Shown: positions 10,401-25,400 of the stretch, piece after piece | How the letters are laid out: every line of letters starts with the position of its first letter | How positions within the stretch are numbered: the first letter of the stretch is position 1 | NCBI GenBank assembly: GCA_047601445.1 | Contig: JASGJH010000001.1 | Coordinates: 32,001 to 96,000 of the forward strand | Length of the DNA: 64,000 nucleotides | Direction of reading: 5' to 3' | DNA from: Myxococcales bacterium | GTDB taxonomy: Bacteria; Myxococcota_A; Polyangia; Polyangiales; DASUME01 | The notes under the pieces: model-generated | Databases searched by the model: none | What the model was told of the DNA's origin: nothing | What the model saw: the letters and a program-made list of their open reading frames with translations, nothing else | Position numbers and translations under genes: made by a program

Positions 10401-13400
10401 CGCTAGCGGCAATCTGACGATCCCGGCCGGCCAAACCACGGGCACGATTGATGTAATGATTATCGACGACAGCCGTGACGAGGATGATGAAACATTCAAG
10501 CTGTTGTTGTCATCTCCGAGCGGAACAACAATCGCGAGCGGTTCCACTGCCGTGGTAGGAACCATTCTCGACGATGACCCAACTCCCTCCGTGATTGTCG
10601 GCGATGTCAACGTGCCGGAAGGGGCGGGGACGGCCAGTGTTACCGTGCATTTGTCGAGTGCCAGCAACAAGACGATCACAGTTAGCTACGTCACTGCCAA
10701 CGGCACTGCCACGGCAGGGGCGGATTATACGGCCGCCAGTAACTTGTTGACCTTTGAGCCGGGCGAAACAACCAAAACGATTCCCGTCAGCATTCTCAAT
10801 GATGCGACCGACGAGGATGACGAATCGTTCACAGTCACGCTCTCATCGCCGACAAACGCGACGTTGGGGCGTGCGACGGGAAACGTCATCATTCTCGATG
10901 ATGATCTATGCGCCGCTGCTGAGCATCAACAACCCCACTACCAACGAGGGGAACGGTACGATGACGTTCACCGTCTCGTTGTCGCAAGCTAGCGCCAAAA
11001 CAATTAGTGTGAATTACGCCACCGCCAATGGTACAGCCACAGCTGGCAGTGATTACACAGCGACCACCGGGGCACTGACATTTAATTCAGGAGATACCAC
11101 AAAAACTTTTACCGTTCCTGTTCTGGAGGATACCGCGGTCGAAACGGCGGAAACGATACGCGTCAATTTGTCCAATGCCACCAATGCGGCGCTCGGCGTA
11201 GCTCAAGGCACAGGCACGATCACGGATAACGACAGCCCGACCCTTAGCATCAACAACGTCACCGTTAACGAAACATCCGGGACCGCCACCTTGACGGTTA
11301 GCCTCTCGGCTCCCAGTGCTTTACCCATCACCGTTCACTGGGCGACAGCGGATGGGACGGCAACGGCCTCCGACGACTATTCCAGCAATTCTGGCAACCT
11401 GACATTCAACCCGGGAGTTACGACGCGAACGATCAACGTGACAATTAATCAGGATGCGGATACTGAGTTGGAGGAAACGTTTAAAGTTGCTCTAAGCAAC
11501 GCCACCAACGCCCAACTCCCGACTGGAACACAAGGTGTTGTCACAATTCGTGCCAATGGTCCCTTGACGGTCGCTTACGCCACCTACACCGTGCCACATG
11601 ACAAGCCGTTTACCTTCAACGTTGCCGCGAATGCCCAAGGCGGCTCCGGTTCGCCCCTGCAATACACTCTGGTAGTGCAGGCTGATCACGGTTCTGTCAT
11701 TGTTGTCTCAGGAACGACGCTCAAATACACGCCACGGCTGCACTATGTGGGTGAAGATTCCTTCGCTTACGATCTGAAAGACGGCACATACGAAATCCCA
11801 TTTGTGCAAGCCGAATTCAACGTCGTGGAAAACGCGCCGGTTGGGTTGCCCGATAGTTATACACTCGGCAAGGGAACAACCTTGTCGGGACAAAACGTCC
11901 TGACCAACGACTCGGACGCGGACAATGACGCGTTGACGGCGGTGCTCGATTCAAGCGTCACGCATGGTACGCTCGCTCTTTGGGCAAACGGTAATTTCAC
12001 TTACACGCCCGCGACAACGCCTGGCCTTTACGAGGGAACCGACCAATTCACCTACCACGTCACCGACGGCATCACATCCAGTGCTCCGGTAACTGTGACT
12101 CTCACGGTCGTGTCTCTTCCTCCCGTGGCGAATGCAGAGCCTGCTCTCAATGTGGTGCATGATCATGCGCTCACAGGCAATGTGCTTTCCAACGATGTCA
12201 GCCCCTACAACAAACCGTTAGTTGCTCAACTGGTGTCATCCGTAGCCACGGGAACTTTGTCACTGCAGCCCAACGGCAACTTTACCTTTACGCCGACTGC
12301 GGGCTTCTTGGGTGACGTGTCGTTCAAATATCGAGTAACCGATGGCAACCTGACATCAGGAATCGCGACGAACGTAATCCATGTTGTGAACCACACGCCC
12401 ACTGCCTTGCCGGATGCATACACCGTCACGCACGACCATGGTCTTGCCGTCTCCTCGGTTTATTTAGGCATTCTCGCCAACGACCCAGACGCTGACTACG
12501 ACACGCTCACGGCCAGCGTGAATCAGACGACGGCGCACGGCAAGCTGAGCCTTAACTCCGATGGCACGTTTACCTACACGCCTGACCCAACCTTCGCCGG
12601 GAGCGATTCGTTTACCTACACCGCCTCGGATGGCGTTTCCGCAAGCAACGTGGCCACGGTCACGATTCAGGTCGTGGAAACTGTGCCGACGGCCAGCAAC
12701 GTCAGCGTGAGCAACTTCCCGCACGACAAAACCCTCGTGCGCACGCTCGCCGCTGCGGAGATCTCGCAAGATGCCGACCTGGATTCCTTGAGCTTCGTGC
12801 TGGTCGAATCCGTCGCGCCCGACAAAGGCATTGTACGACTGCACGCCAATGGCGACATTGCCTACAGTCCTCCTCCCAATTGGACGGGAACCGCTCAATT
12901 CAAGTTCGCTGCCTATGATGGCCTGCAATACAGCCTACCGGCAACCTACACGATCCAAGTCGTGGAACATGCACCAGTGGCAGTGGCCGATTCGTTCACA
13001 GTCGTTCACGACCATTCACTTAACGCCCCATCCGTGCTCAACAACGACACCGATGCGGATGGCTCGGCCTCCGTCGAGCCACTCGCGGCTCGGCTCGTCT
13101 CGGGGGCTGGCGTGCAACATGGATTGTTGGCGTTCAACAGCGATGGCACTTTTGTGTATCAGCCGGCGGCTGGCTATTCCGGTAGCGATGCGTTCCAGTA
13201 CCGTGTTTTCGACGGCCGGCAATATAGTTCTCCGGTCACAGTGACGATTTCCGTTGCGGAACATGCTCCATTGAGCGTTGCAGATTTGGCGGTGGTCGGG
13301 CACGACCGCACCTTGACCGGCAACGTGCTGGCGAATGACACCGGATCAGGATACGGGCGAAACCCTATCGGCCCAACTTGTGAGCGGACCGGCCCATGCC

Positions 13401-16400
13401 AGCCAATTCACCCTCAGCCCGAATGGAACCTACAAGTTCGTGCCCGGCGCGGGGTACTCGGGGACTGATAGCTTCACGTACCAGGCGTTTGACGGTGCAA
13501 GCTTCCAATGTCAGCACCGTCACCATTACGGTTCGAGAAACGGCCCCGGTGGGAAATGCCGACACGTTTTCCATTGGCCATGACAAGTCGATCACACCAA
13601 TCCTGTCGGTGCTAACAAACGACTCTGACGCTGAGAATGACCTGCTTACCGCGCAGCTTGTTGCCTCGCCGGCGCACGCCAGCCAGTTCACCCTGAATGC
13701 GAACGGCACGTTCTCCTTCACGCCCGTCGCGGGATATTCGGGCGATGATTCGTTCACGTATCAAGCCAACGATGGCGCAACTGTCAGCCACCACGACGGT
13801 CACGATCCACGTAAACGAAACGGCGCCAATAGCAGCGAATGATGCGTTTACGATTGGACACGGACGCTTGCTCAACCGGTCCATCCTCACCAACGACTCC
13901 GATGCCGAAAGCGATCCACTCACCATTCAATTGCTCGACTGGCAAACCCAACAGCCGATCACTCCACAGGCGCTCGCCCAATCGATGGCGGGTACGTTCG
14001 TCTGGAATGCCAACGGCACGTTCCAGTACACCGCGCCCCAGAACGCGGCGACTGAACATTTCGCCTATCGGCTGAACGATGGCCTTAATAACAGCAGCAT
14101 CGCCACCGTCACGATTCAATCCACGCGCACAGCTCCCAATGTCGTCGCCGACAATTTCACCGACGTTCATGATCGATCCTTGTCAGCCAGCGTTGTCACG
14201 AACGACAGCGACGTTGACGGCGACTCGCTCACGGCTCAGCTTTACGACCCGGCGACCCAGCAGGTGGTAACCGCCGATCAACTGGGATTGCAAGGGAGGC
14301 TGACTTGGAGCTCCAATGGCGCCTTCGTCTATGCGCCCCCATTGCATTGGACGGGGACCGAGGTTTTTCGCTATCGCCTGTTCGACGGGTTCGACTACAG
14401 CTCACCCGTTGCCGTGACGATCACCGTGGGTGACCTCCCCCCTACCAGCCAGGACGACACCTACCACGTCAAACCTGGCACGAGTTATTACGCTCCGCCG
14501 CAGTTTAATCCATATCGACCTCAGCCCCTGGCCAACGACACAGATCCCGACAATGACCCCTTACAGGTGGCCACTGTCATCGGCCCCACACACGGCACGT
14601 TGACGATTCTGCCCAGTGGCGCTTTTACTTACACGCCTACTTCAGGATTTCGTGGAACCGATAGTTTTACCTATCGCGCGACCGATGGCGTAACCTTAAC
14701 AAACCCAACGACGGCCACCTTCCTCGTTGCCAATGCGCCGCCGGTCGCCAGCAACGACCAACTGACCGCTCAGGCAGAAATTCCGAGTTCGCTGAGCCTC
14801 GTCTTCAACGATACCGATCCCGATGGCGACGCGCTCACGGCCTATCCGGTCGATCCGGTGACCGGCAATCAAATCTCACCTGCCAGTTTAGATCTGCATG
14901 GCACGCTGGCTTGGGACTCGCTCGGCGGATTTACCTATCAGGCCAACGCGGGCTACTCAGGAATCGTCACGTTTTCCTATCGGATTACCGATGGATGGGA
15001 CATCAGCAATACCGCCAAGGTCACGATCCAGGTGCAAGGTTCGTCGGCAGTGAACCATTCCCCCGTCGCTCACGACGACAAGTTTGCCCTCGGTCTGGGG
15101 CATGTCTTAAATGTTCCCAGCTATCAAAATTGGCACGGTAGCTCGAACGCCCTTCCATTGCAACTCAACGATTCCGATGCGGACGGCGATGACCTAACGA
15201 CGCTGCTGATGACAGGCGTCAGTCATGGCTCGCTTGCGCTCAGTGCAGATGGTTCTTTTGTCTATACGCCTCAAGCCGGTTTTCAAGGGACCGACCAATT
15301 CACATATCAGTTGTTCGACGGCAACGCCAACAGCAACACAGCCACAGTAACCATCAACGTGGCCAATCACTTGCCAGTAGCCGCCGCGGCAACTTTCACG
15401 GTGACGCACGATCAAACGCTCGACACCTCCACGGGAAATGCCGCCATCGTGGGGGGCTTGTCCAGTACGCTCAGCGACGTTGATACCGATACGCTTACCT
15501 ATTCGATTACGGCCAACACGACGCATGGCCAGTTGACGCTGTTGACGGGGGGCAATTTCCGCTATCAGCCAACCCCTGGCTATGTCGGCGGCGACAGCTT
15601 CACGTATCAAATCGCCGATGGCCACGGCGGGACTGCCACAGCCAAAGTGGCGTTTGCGGTAGTTAACCAGCGGCCCACAGCCAATTCCGGCTTGGTCACG
15701 ATGACGCATGACACGACACTGACGAGCCATCTGCCCTCTGGATTTTCGACAGACGGCGATCCGATCGATGCCCGTCCCGCCGGCGGACCATTTTATGGTT
15801 CGCTCACGCTGTCCGCGGATGGAACCTACGTCTATACGCCGAGCGCCTCGTTCGTCGGCACGGACTCATTTACGTACGTGTGGCGCGATCGCGTTGGGCT
15901 GACGGGCGTCGCCGAAGGGTTGGAGAGCAATTTTGCCACGATCACGATTAACGTGCCGCGCTCGGTCTCCAGTGGCGGTGGACGACGTGTTTGCTTTCGG
16001 TTTCGAGCAAGGGCCGAACTACACGGCGAATGTGCTGAACAACGATCTCAACGCTGATGGCGGCGCGCTGACCGCTTCCGTTTCCGTTCCGCCTCAGCAC
16101 GGGATCGTGACGATACAAGCCAACGGCAGCTTTCAATACACCCCCACGAGCGCCGGCTTCATCGGCTCGGATAGCTTCGTCTATGTCGTTCAGGACAGCG
16201 TGGGAACTAGCGTGTCGGCCAAAGCAACGTTGACCATCTCGCCCCTGGCGGTGCATCCGGTCACGGACCTGCAAGTGCTGGAGCGTTCCAATCTGAACGC
16301 CGTCCTAGCCAATGTCACATTCTCCAGTGGCTACACGGCTGCGTTACCGCTCACCGTTTCCGTCGCTTGGGGGGATGGCCAAACCACGGCCGGAACGGTG

Positions 16401-19400
16401 TCTAACACGACCACTGGTTTCCAGCTTTCAGGAACGCATCGCTACGACAAAAACGGCGTCTATTCAGCCGTGCTGACTTTGCATGACTCGGCTGGTGGAA
16501 CTTGGTTGGCGACGACGAATGTGACCGTTGCCGATACGCCTCCACAAGTCTCAATCTCGCCTAATTTTTCGGCGCGGAAGGGGCAGGCTTTCCAATATGC
16601 GCTGGCCACCTTTACCGATGACGCCGACGCCACGCCAAGCCAGTTTACCGCCCAGGTTGACTGGGGAGACGGCCGGCAATCGCCAGCAACCATTACCGCG
16701 AACAACGGCACATTTACCGTGATGGGTTCGCACCTCTATGCCCATCGCGGCCAACAACCGGTGTCGCTGACGGTGACAAAGACGGGAGGCCTCACCGCGT
16801 CGGCCAGTGGCCAGATGATCAACGTCACGCACGTCATCACAGTGACCGGTCAGACCGCTCATATTGATCCAGGCAACTCGATCAATGGTGCAGTTGCTTC
16901 GTTCACCAGCGACAATTCGCAGGATAGCGCGGAAGATTTCTTCGCGATTGTTAGTTGGGGGGATGGCACGCAGTCGCTCGGCCTGATCACGGGCGAGGGA
17001 GGAATGTTCACCGTCTCGGGACAACACGCGTATTCACAGCCCGGCAGCTATCCCATCCATGTTGAAGTAACAGATGACGATCCGGCAGTCGGATCGATCG
17101 TCGTTGGCCAAAACTTGCCCGAAATTCCCAATGTCACTCTGCAAGTCTTTGGCAAAAATCTGGTGATCAATGCAGGTGAGGCCCTCTCGCAAAGCAATGT
17201 GTTGGCCGAGGTTTTTGAAACCGACGTCGGAGGAACCCCGGCGGCGGTAACTGCCTCGATCAATTGGGGTGATGGTAAGACGAGCAATGGCACAGTCAAT
17301 GGATCTGACGGCCAATTTGAAGTGACCGGCGATCACACGTACACCAGTGAAGGGGCTTACAAAGTAACGATCACGATCAGCGGCAGCGGCACGAGTACGC
17401 TCGGTACAGCTTCGATTCTCGTTCTCGGCAAACCGCTCCAGGGAACGCCCCAAACGATCGATCTGACTAACCTGAGTTATGACGTGGCACATGGGCGAGA
17501 TCCCCGCAACAACGCCTTAGTTGCTCAATTTACCGATCCCAGCGGCGCCAATGCGTCGTACACCGCGCTGCTCGACTTGGGAGATGGCCAGTTTGTCTCC
17601 GCTTCCGTCCAACGCACGCCCGGCGCGAGTTCGCAGACCTTGCAAGAAGGCTCTTCCGGCAGCGCTACCTCTCCTCCTGCGCCCGAAACACAACTGATCA
17701 CGCTCCCCAGCGTTCCGACGGGAGGCACGTTCACGCTCACGTTCGGTACCGCCACCACCGATCCCTTGCCGTCGAACGCCAACGCCGCTCAGGTGCAAGC
17801 GGCATTGCTCGATTTGCCAACGATTGCCGGAGTAACCGTCAGCGGCAATCCCGCGATCGGCTTCACGGTTACCTTCACCGCGCAGCAAGCCAATCAAAAC
17901 GTCGGGTCCATTTCTGCGAACGACGCGGGATTGACCGGAGGGGCCAAGACCTACGATGTTCGCGCCACCGTCAACGAGACGATGCCCGAATCGCTCAAAG
18001 TGCGCATCTACAAGAACGGCGAGCCGCGATTGGAGATCGAAAGCACGATCCAGCAACCGAATAGTTCCTCGGCATCGTCCAGCAGTGGCGATAGTCACGC
18101 CCCGGACGACCTTAAGGATTGGCTGGACGAGCAGGATGATAAAGCACAGCCCAAGACGATTTCCCCCCAGGGAGTGACGATCTCCGCCACCGAGAACGAG
18201 TCGTTCGACGGCAATGTGGCGGATGTCGCGGGCGACACGGAGGGCTGGACTGCCCAGATCAATTGGGGCGACGGCGACCAGGGGGAGGGGACGGTTAGCG
18301 GAGGACACGTTCAAGGCCAGCACACCTATGAAAAGCCCGGCGACTATCGCATCACCGTCACGCTCCGCCACGATCCACCGCAACATGATTCAAATGATCC
18401 TAACGACACCCTGTACGGCAACAGTTACTACTACAACAGCGGCTATTACTACAACGGCTATTATCAAGCGACCGTCTATAGTGGCGCGATTGTCAACGCC
18501 AAGCCGTTTACGCTAACGGCAGGCACGCTAGTCGCAGGCCAGACAGGGGAACGATTGGACGACCAAGTGCTGGCCACCGGCACGGACATTGGCGATAACG
18601 CGACCGCCGTCATCGAGTGGGGGGATGGAACTATCGATGAGGGGACGACGAGTGAAACGGAAGTTAAAGGCTCGCACGTTTATGAGAATCCTGGCGAGTA
18701 TCAAATCCGCGTGGTCGTGCGTAGCGGTTCGCATGTCAAGACTGTCGTCACCAATTCCAAGATCACGTTGCCCAGTCTTGCGTCAGGCGCCGCCGCGTCC
18801 CTTGGATCTATTGCCGCTCCCTCAACGGATCACCGGACAGGAAGAGCAGGAACTCAAGGATGGAACTCAAGGGCTCATCGTCGCGGTGATCAACGACATG
18901 AATCCCACACATATCGGCGGTCTGCATCAAGCGACGATCAACTGGGGAGATGGCTCTAAATCGGAGGGTGTGATCGAGTATGTCTCCGGCACGAAATACA
19001 ACGTCCGTGGGAAACATACCTATCACGACGCCGGCGCGTTCGGTATTAAGGTGACGTATCAAGACCAGGCAGACGAACTGATCGTTGGCACGACGGCACT
19101 GATCTCCGCGCCGCACATCGTCGGTGTGAACAGCAGTGCGGTCACGGCTGAGGACATTACCACCGGCGCGGGAGCGACGCTGCAAGATGTGCTCGTCGCC
19201 GAATTCAAGCTGGACGATTCCAACTCGCTCCGAACAGCCGCTGACTTCTCGGCCACGATTCACTGGGGCGATGGCACGCGGGCCACCACCGGAAAGATTG
19301 TGCAGTTCGGCGACAAGTTCCTCGTTTATGGCAGCCACATTTATCTTAGCTCGAATTCCTCCCCTTCTTGGTATTACGATAGCTACAGCTATGGATATTA

Positions 19401-22400
19401 CAGCTATGGATATTATGGATATAGCTACCCAGGCTACGGCGGCAGCGGCAAGTTCACGCTAACCGTGGATATTCAGGATGGTGCAGCAGTCACGCAATCA
19501 GTTGAGGCCAAAGGAACCGTGGAAGTGGGCCTCACCTATGTTGGCGGCGGCCCGATCAGCCTTTACACGGGCCTAGCCGGCCAAGCCACGATCAGCTGGG
19601 GAAACGATTATGTGGCCACCGACACCTACCATGGCCGCGGCGATATCAATTATCAATGGACCTCCTATGACTACACGTCAAATTCAGAGGGTGGCCTAGT
19701 CGATCACAGCTTTTCGCAACAGACTGAGACGTATTACGGGATCGCTCAGCTCACCCAGTCGATTGACTGGGGAGACAACGAAACGAATACACTAAATGCT
19801 TATCTCAACTATGGCGATTCGGAAACCGCTGGCGACAACGGCGATCATTCGAGCCAAACATGGAGCGGGCTCAACAGCTCAGGTGCTTTCGGCTGGGGTT
19901 GGGGGGGCTGTGGCATGGGGGGATGTGGTGGCTGGTTAGGTAGCTACTACGGATGGGGCTGGGGAGGTTGGTGGGGCGGTTATTATGGCTGGGGCGGGCT
20001 TGGCGGCTGGTATTCTTTAGGAGACACGTTCCCAGACGGCTCGCAAGAGAAGAGCGATTCTAGTTCGTGGGAGTACCCCGACTCCTTTGGCGGATCTTCT
20101 TATTACTCAGGTAACTCAAGTTACGATGCCACGCCGACGCATTATCACACTGAAGGACAGGAGCAGTGGAACAATCCTCCATGGTATTGGGGGTGGGGTG
20201 GCTACTACGGCTTGGGTGGCTACTACGGCTTGGGCGGTTACTATGGCTTGGGCGGTTACTATGGCTTGGGCGGTTACTATGGCTTGGGCGGTTACTATGG
20301 CTTGGGCGGTTACTATGGCTTTGGTAGCTACTATGGCTGGGGTTATTATGGCACTTCTGGCAACAGTAATTGGACGTCTGACTCCTACGCCTACGATTGG
20401 CAGCCGTATGGCAATACGTCGCATACCTACGAGGAACCTGGTTCCTACGAGATCGATGCGCTCGGCATTCAGCGAACGATCGTGGTGGGAGATGGCGTCG
20501 TTCTCAATGCCAAAGTGATTCCCGCGTTCTATGCCACGGCGGGCGAATCGGCTGAGACCACGCTCCTCACCTTCAGCGATAGCAAGTGGCTGGATGATAG
20601 CGATAACGGCTTCTTCGCCGAAGTCTCGTGGGGGGATGGCGAGGTCGGTACCGCCCCTGTCGAAATGGGCCCCGACAACCGCCTGAAGATCACAGGCGAC
20701 CATGAGTACGACCTCCCCGGCAGCTATCCCGTCACCATTCTCCTAAACGACGGCGGCGGCACACAACGTGTCTTCAGCACGTTAGCGAAAGTAGCCGATT
20801 ATGATCTGACCGGCACGGGCAAAGACTTCCGGACCGTGGCGAACGAATCGACCGGCGACGTGCTGGTGGCGACGATCGATAACTGGACCTCGCCCGAGGG
20901 GGATTATGAAGCCGATGCCGAGCTGTTCACGGCCGAAATCGACTGGGGTGATAAGAACAATCAATCCAGCGACGGGTCGTCGTCTAAGCCCTATCTCTCG
21001 CTCGGCACAATCTACTACAACGTCTTGACCGACAAGCTAGACGTCTATGGCAGCCACAAGTACTCGGCCGCCGGCGATTTCACGGTGAAGATCAAGATTA
21101 CTGACCTGGCCACCCCCGGTGTGGTCGTTAAGGGCCAGGCTCACGTCACCTCCGATTGGTCGCTGCAAGCGGTCCAGCGGACTGAAGGTTTCGAGGAAGG
21201 ATATCAGCAAAGTTTCGGCCCCGCCTCCGTCGCGCTGAACACCGGCGCGCTCCTCCTGGCTCAGGAACTCGATTTCGACGTTAGCCCCGGCACGGCCAGC
21301 GGCCGTGATCCGTTGCTCGTCTTCAACTCCAACACGCTCAGCGTCCACCCAATCATCCAGGCCGATTTGCAAAGCGTCGCCGGCACGGCGGTGCCGGCGC
21401 GGATCGAGGTGCAGCTTACCTGGAACGATCAGCCGCAAGCCCTGCGCACCTTTACGACCACCGGACATTCAGCCGGCGACAGCTACGTTATGGCGGCTCA
21501 GGTGGATGCAGCGGTCAAGCACTCCGGTGTGTATGCCTGGAAGTTCCACGTCAGCATCTATCGCACTGCGAACGACGATCAGCCGATCCAACTCGAAGAC
21601 TCCGGCCAGGCCCTGGTCATCGTCAACGAGGACGAGTCGGCCACGGCCGGCAATCCCTTCAACTATCTGGCCGCTTACCAACCTGGCTGGAACCTCAGCG
21701 TGCTTGACCGGCTGCTGATTCAAGACAACGGCGACGTGCTGTGGCAAACCGGCGCCGGCGGCACGCGATTGTACGTCAAGCAAACAAACGGAGAGTACGA
21801 AAACGCCGCCACGAACGATTTTGGCCAGTTGGAGTTCGACCCAGAACAGGTCGAATTCACCTACACCGCTAAGGACCGCACGCAGTACGTCTTCAACCAT
21901 CTGGGGCTACTCGCCAAAATCGAACCCCCCGACGAGTTGGAGTACAAGCTGCAGTACGATAGTGCAGGTCGCATTCAAAAAGTCATCTCGCCCGATGCCG
22001 CGCCGACGAATGCCAGCGCCACGTTTGGCTATACGGGAACTCGGCTGACCAGCATTGCGGAACCGGGGAGCCGCACGTTTAGCCTGGCCAATAACGGCAG
22101 CCAGTTCGTGATCACTGATCCGGAAGGATTCACTCGCACCTTTGCACTCGATGCGGCGGGACGGGTGACGGGGCAGGCCTGGGATCCGTACGCGAGTATC
22201 TATCATTATGCGACGAACGGCCTGCTCGATGGCGTGCAATTGGGCCTGACGGCGTTGGGAAGCATCTATCAGGTTCAGCCGTTGGCGGCGGTAGGCCTGG
22301 GAAGCACTGCCTCAAACAATGTCGCCCCCACCATTCCCTACACCTACGCGATGGTGACCGCCCCCGCCCTCCCCGGCGGCAGCAGCTTCCGCCACGACAC

Positions 22401-25400
22401 CAAGTACCAACTCGACCCCGAAGGACGCCTCCTGGCCGAGAACCGGCCGGACGGCGTCACGCTGAAGTGGGAGCGCGACAGCCACCACAACGTCGAGTAT
22501 TACCAAGACGCGAACGGCAACTACTCGTCGTATGTCTATGACTACAGCGACGAAGGCAAGGGAGATCTGGAACTCTTAGATGCTCCCGGCCAAGGGACGA
22601 CCGAGTATGAGTACGACCCGCGGTTCCATCTCGTCACCAAGATCACCGACGCCCGTAATAACAGCACATATTTTGAATACGACGACGAAGCGCATCTCAT
22701 CACGACCACTGATCCCTACGGCAAGACGATCGTCAACACCTGGGCTAGCGACGTCATTCAGTCCACCACCGACAAGCGCGGCAGCACCACGACCTACGCC
22801 TACGACACCAACCGCCGGCTGACCGACGAATACGATCCGCTGGCGGCAGCCGGAAATTACAAGACACACTACGTCTATGACAACCGCGGCAACGTCGAGG
22901 AAATCGACGACAACAACGGCAACGGGACGATCTATACGTATGACGGGCTGAACCGACTCACTTACGTTACCGACCCGCAGAATTACTTCACCGAGACCGA
23001 TTACACGGCGGCGGGACTGGCCTACCGTGAACGGGACAAAAACGGCGTCATCGCCAAGCAATTCTACGATACCCGCGGCTACCAGACCGACACCTACGCC
23101 GCCTTTGGCACAGCGGTCCAGCAGCACACGCACTTCGATTACTACGCCAACGGCTCACTCTGGAAAACGACCAATCCCTTCAACCAAGTCACCTCTGTCA
23201 CGCCGAATTTCGACCCAGCCGCTCGCCAGGTGACCGTCACCGATCCGCTGGGCGGATGGGTGACTAGCAGTTACGACGCGGCAGGGAATTTGAAAACCGA
23301 AGCGCGGCCTGGTCGGATCACGCTGTACGAATACGACGCTGCCAACCGCCAACGCTTTTTCTATCCGAACTACGGTGCCAATTCCTCGGTGCGGTACGAA
23401 ACGACCTACGACGATGTGGGGAACGTCCTGACCCAGACCGATCCGGAGGGGAACACCACGACGAATATGATCGATCCCAAGCTGAACCTGGTACGCGCCG
23501 TGACCGATGGCTCCGGCGTCACCACGTCGTACGATTACGATCCCAACGGCAACCTGTGGAAGACCTACTTCCCCAGTCAGCTCATCACGATCAACAACTA
23601 TGACGCCCGCAACCTGCTGATGGGCACGGAGTATTACGACTACTCGCAGGATGACTTCGTCGGCACGACCGGCTTCACCTACGACCACAACGGCAACAAG
23701 CTGACCGAGACCGACCTGCGAGGCAACACCACTAACTTCTATTACAACAACCTCGACCAACTCACCGACATCTGGCAGCCGTTGCCCGGCACCAGCCAGC
23801 ATGGCCGGCCGCACACGCACTACAGCTACTACGCCGATGGCAGTCAGGAGAGCGTCACCGACCCCATGGGACGCCTCACGACAACCTTCTACGACGCCTT
23901 GGGTCGGACCACGAGTGTTCAGGAATACGACGGCACCACGTATTTCAATCACACCACGTTCAGCGACAGCAACTATGGCACGGTGCAGATGGAGCAGGTG
24001 ACCGACAAGCTCAACCGTGTCACCACAGAGCTTTATGACCCGCTGGGCCGGCTGTATGAGCATCGCGATCCGAATCCGGCCACGGGGGCCGGGGATGGGC
24101 CGATCAGCAAGACGGGGTACAACGCCCAAGGAATGGTCAACCGGACGCTGGCCGCCGATGGGACGGAAACGCTGTACAACTACGACAGTTTCGACCGCGT
24201 GAGCTCCGTGCAGGAAGGGACGGCCGCCGATCTATACACGACGTACAAAACGGTCGCCGGCGCCACCTACTACGACAACGGCTGGACGCAGACGAGCACC
24301 GACCGGGCCGGCACGACCACGAGCTACACCTACGACGGCGCGGGGCGGCAGCGGACGGCGACCGTTTCGGATGGCACGCAGTCACTCGTCACCGAGCAGA
24401 TTTACGACACGGCTGGCGCTGAACGTGGTGCTCGCCCCCAATGGGGACCAGACGACCTACGGCCGCGACGGTTTTGGCGACCCGCACCGAGACGGTGACC
24501 ATCGGCGGGGTGGACCTCGAACGGAGCTACGGCTACGACGAGAACGGCAACCTGACCGACTATACCGACCGCGATGGCCGCCGCACCCACTACCAGTACG
24601 ACACACTGAACCGGAAGACCGACGAAACCTGGTTCGACGAGAGCGACGACCCCACTGGCTACTCGGCGACCTACAGCTACACCATCGACAACTCGCTGCA
24701 CACCGTCACCGCTTATCAAGGGGCCAGTGTCGCTTCCAGCACGACGTACACCTACGACACGATGGGGCGGCCTGATGACGTGACGCGGTATGTCAACGGC
24801 GCGGGCAGCTTCGATTTGAACTACGACTACAACTCGGAAGGTTTTCTCTATCACCGCACGATCGACGCCGGGTTGTCTTCGCTGTTAGTGGATACCAGCT
24901 ACAGCTACGACTACGAGGGGCGCCCTGGAAGATTAGCGAGTCGGGCCTTTACGCTCAGGCCAAATCGATTGAATACGGCTACGTGCCGTTTGGCGATGCT
25001 CATGGCGGGCAACTGCTGACGATCAATCGGCATCTGGGGACAACTCCCACTTCAGGCAACCAGATTCTTTCCACCTTGTATGGCTACGACAGCCGCGACC
25101 GCCTCACCAGCATTGAGAACTATGGCTTTGGCCATACCCTGCCCATCAGCGAGTATGCCTATAGCTACAACACGGGAGACAGGATCGACTCGTTTGGCGT
25201 CACGCTTGATGGCGATCCGCAAACGGACGAAACGCGGACCTACGGCTACGACGCGACCGGCCAGCTCAAGACCGCCAAGGACAGTAGCAACACGGCGGTC
25301 GAAAGCTACAACTACGACGCCAACGGCAACCAGCAGAGTTGGGATCTGGACAATTTGAATCGGCCCCAGGACGACGGGGCGTACACCTATACCTACGACG

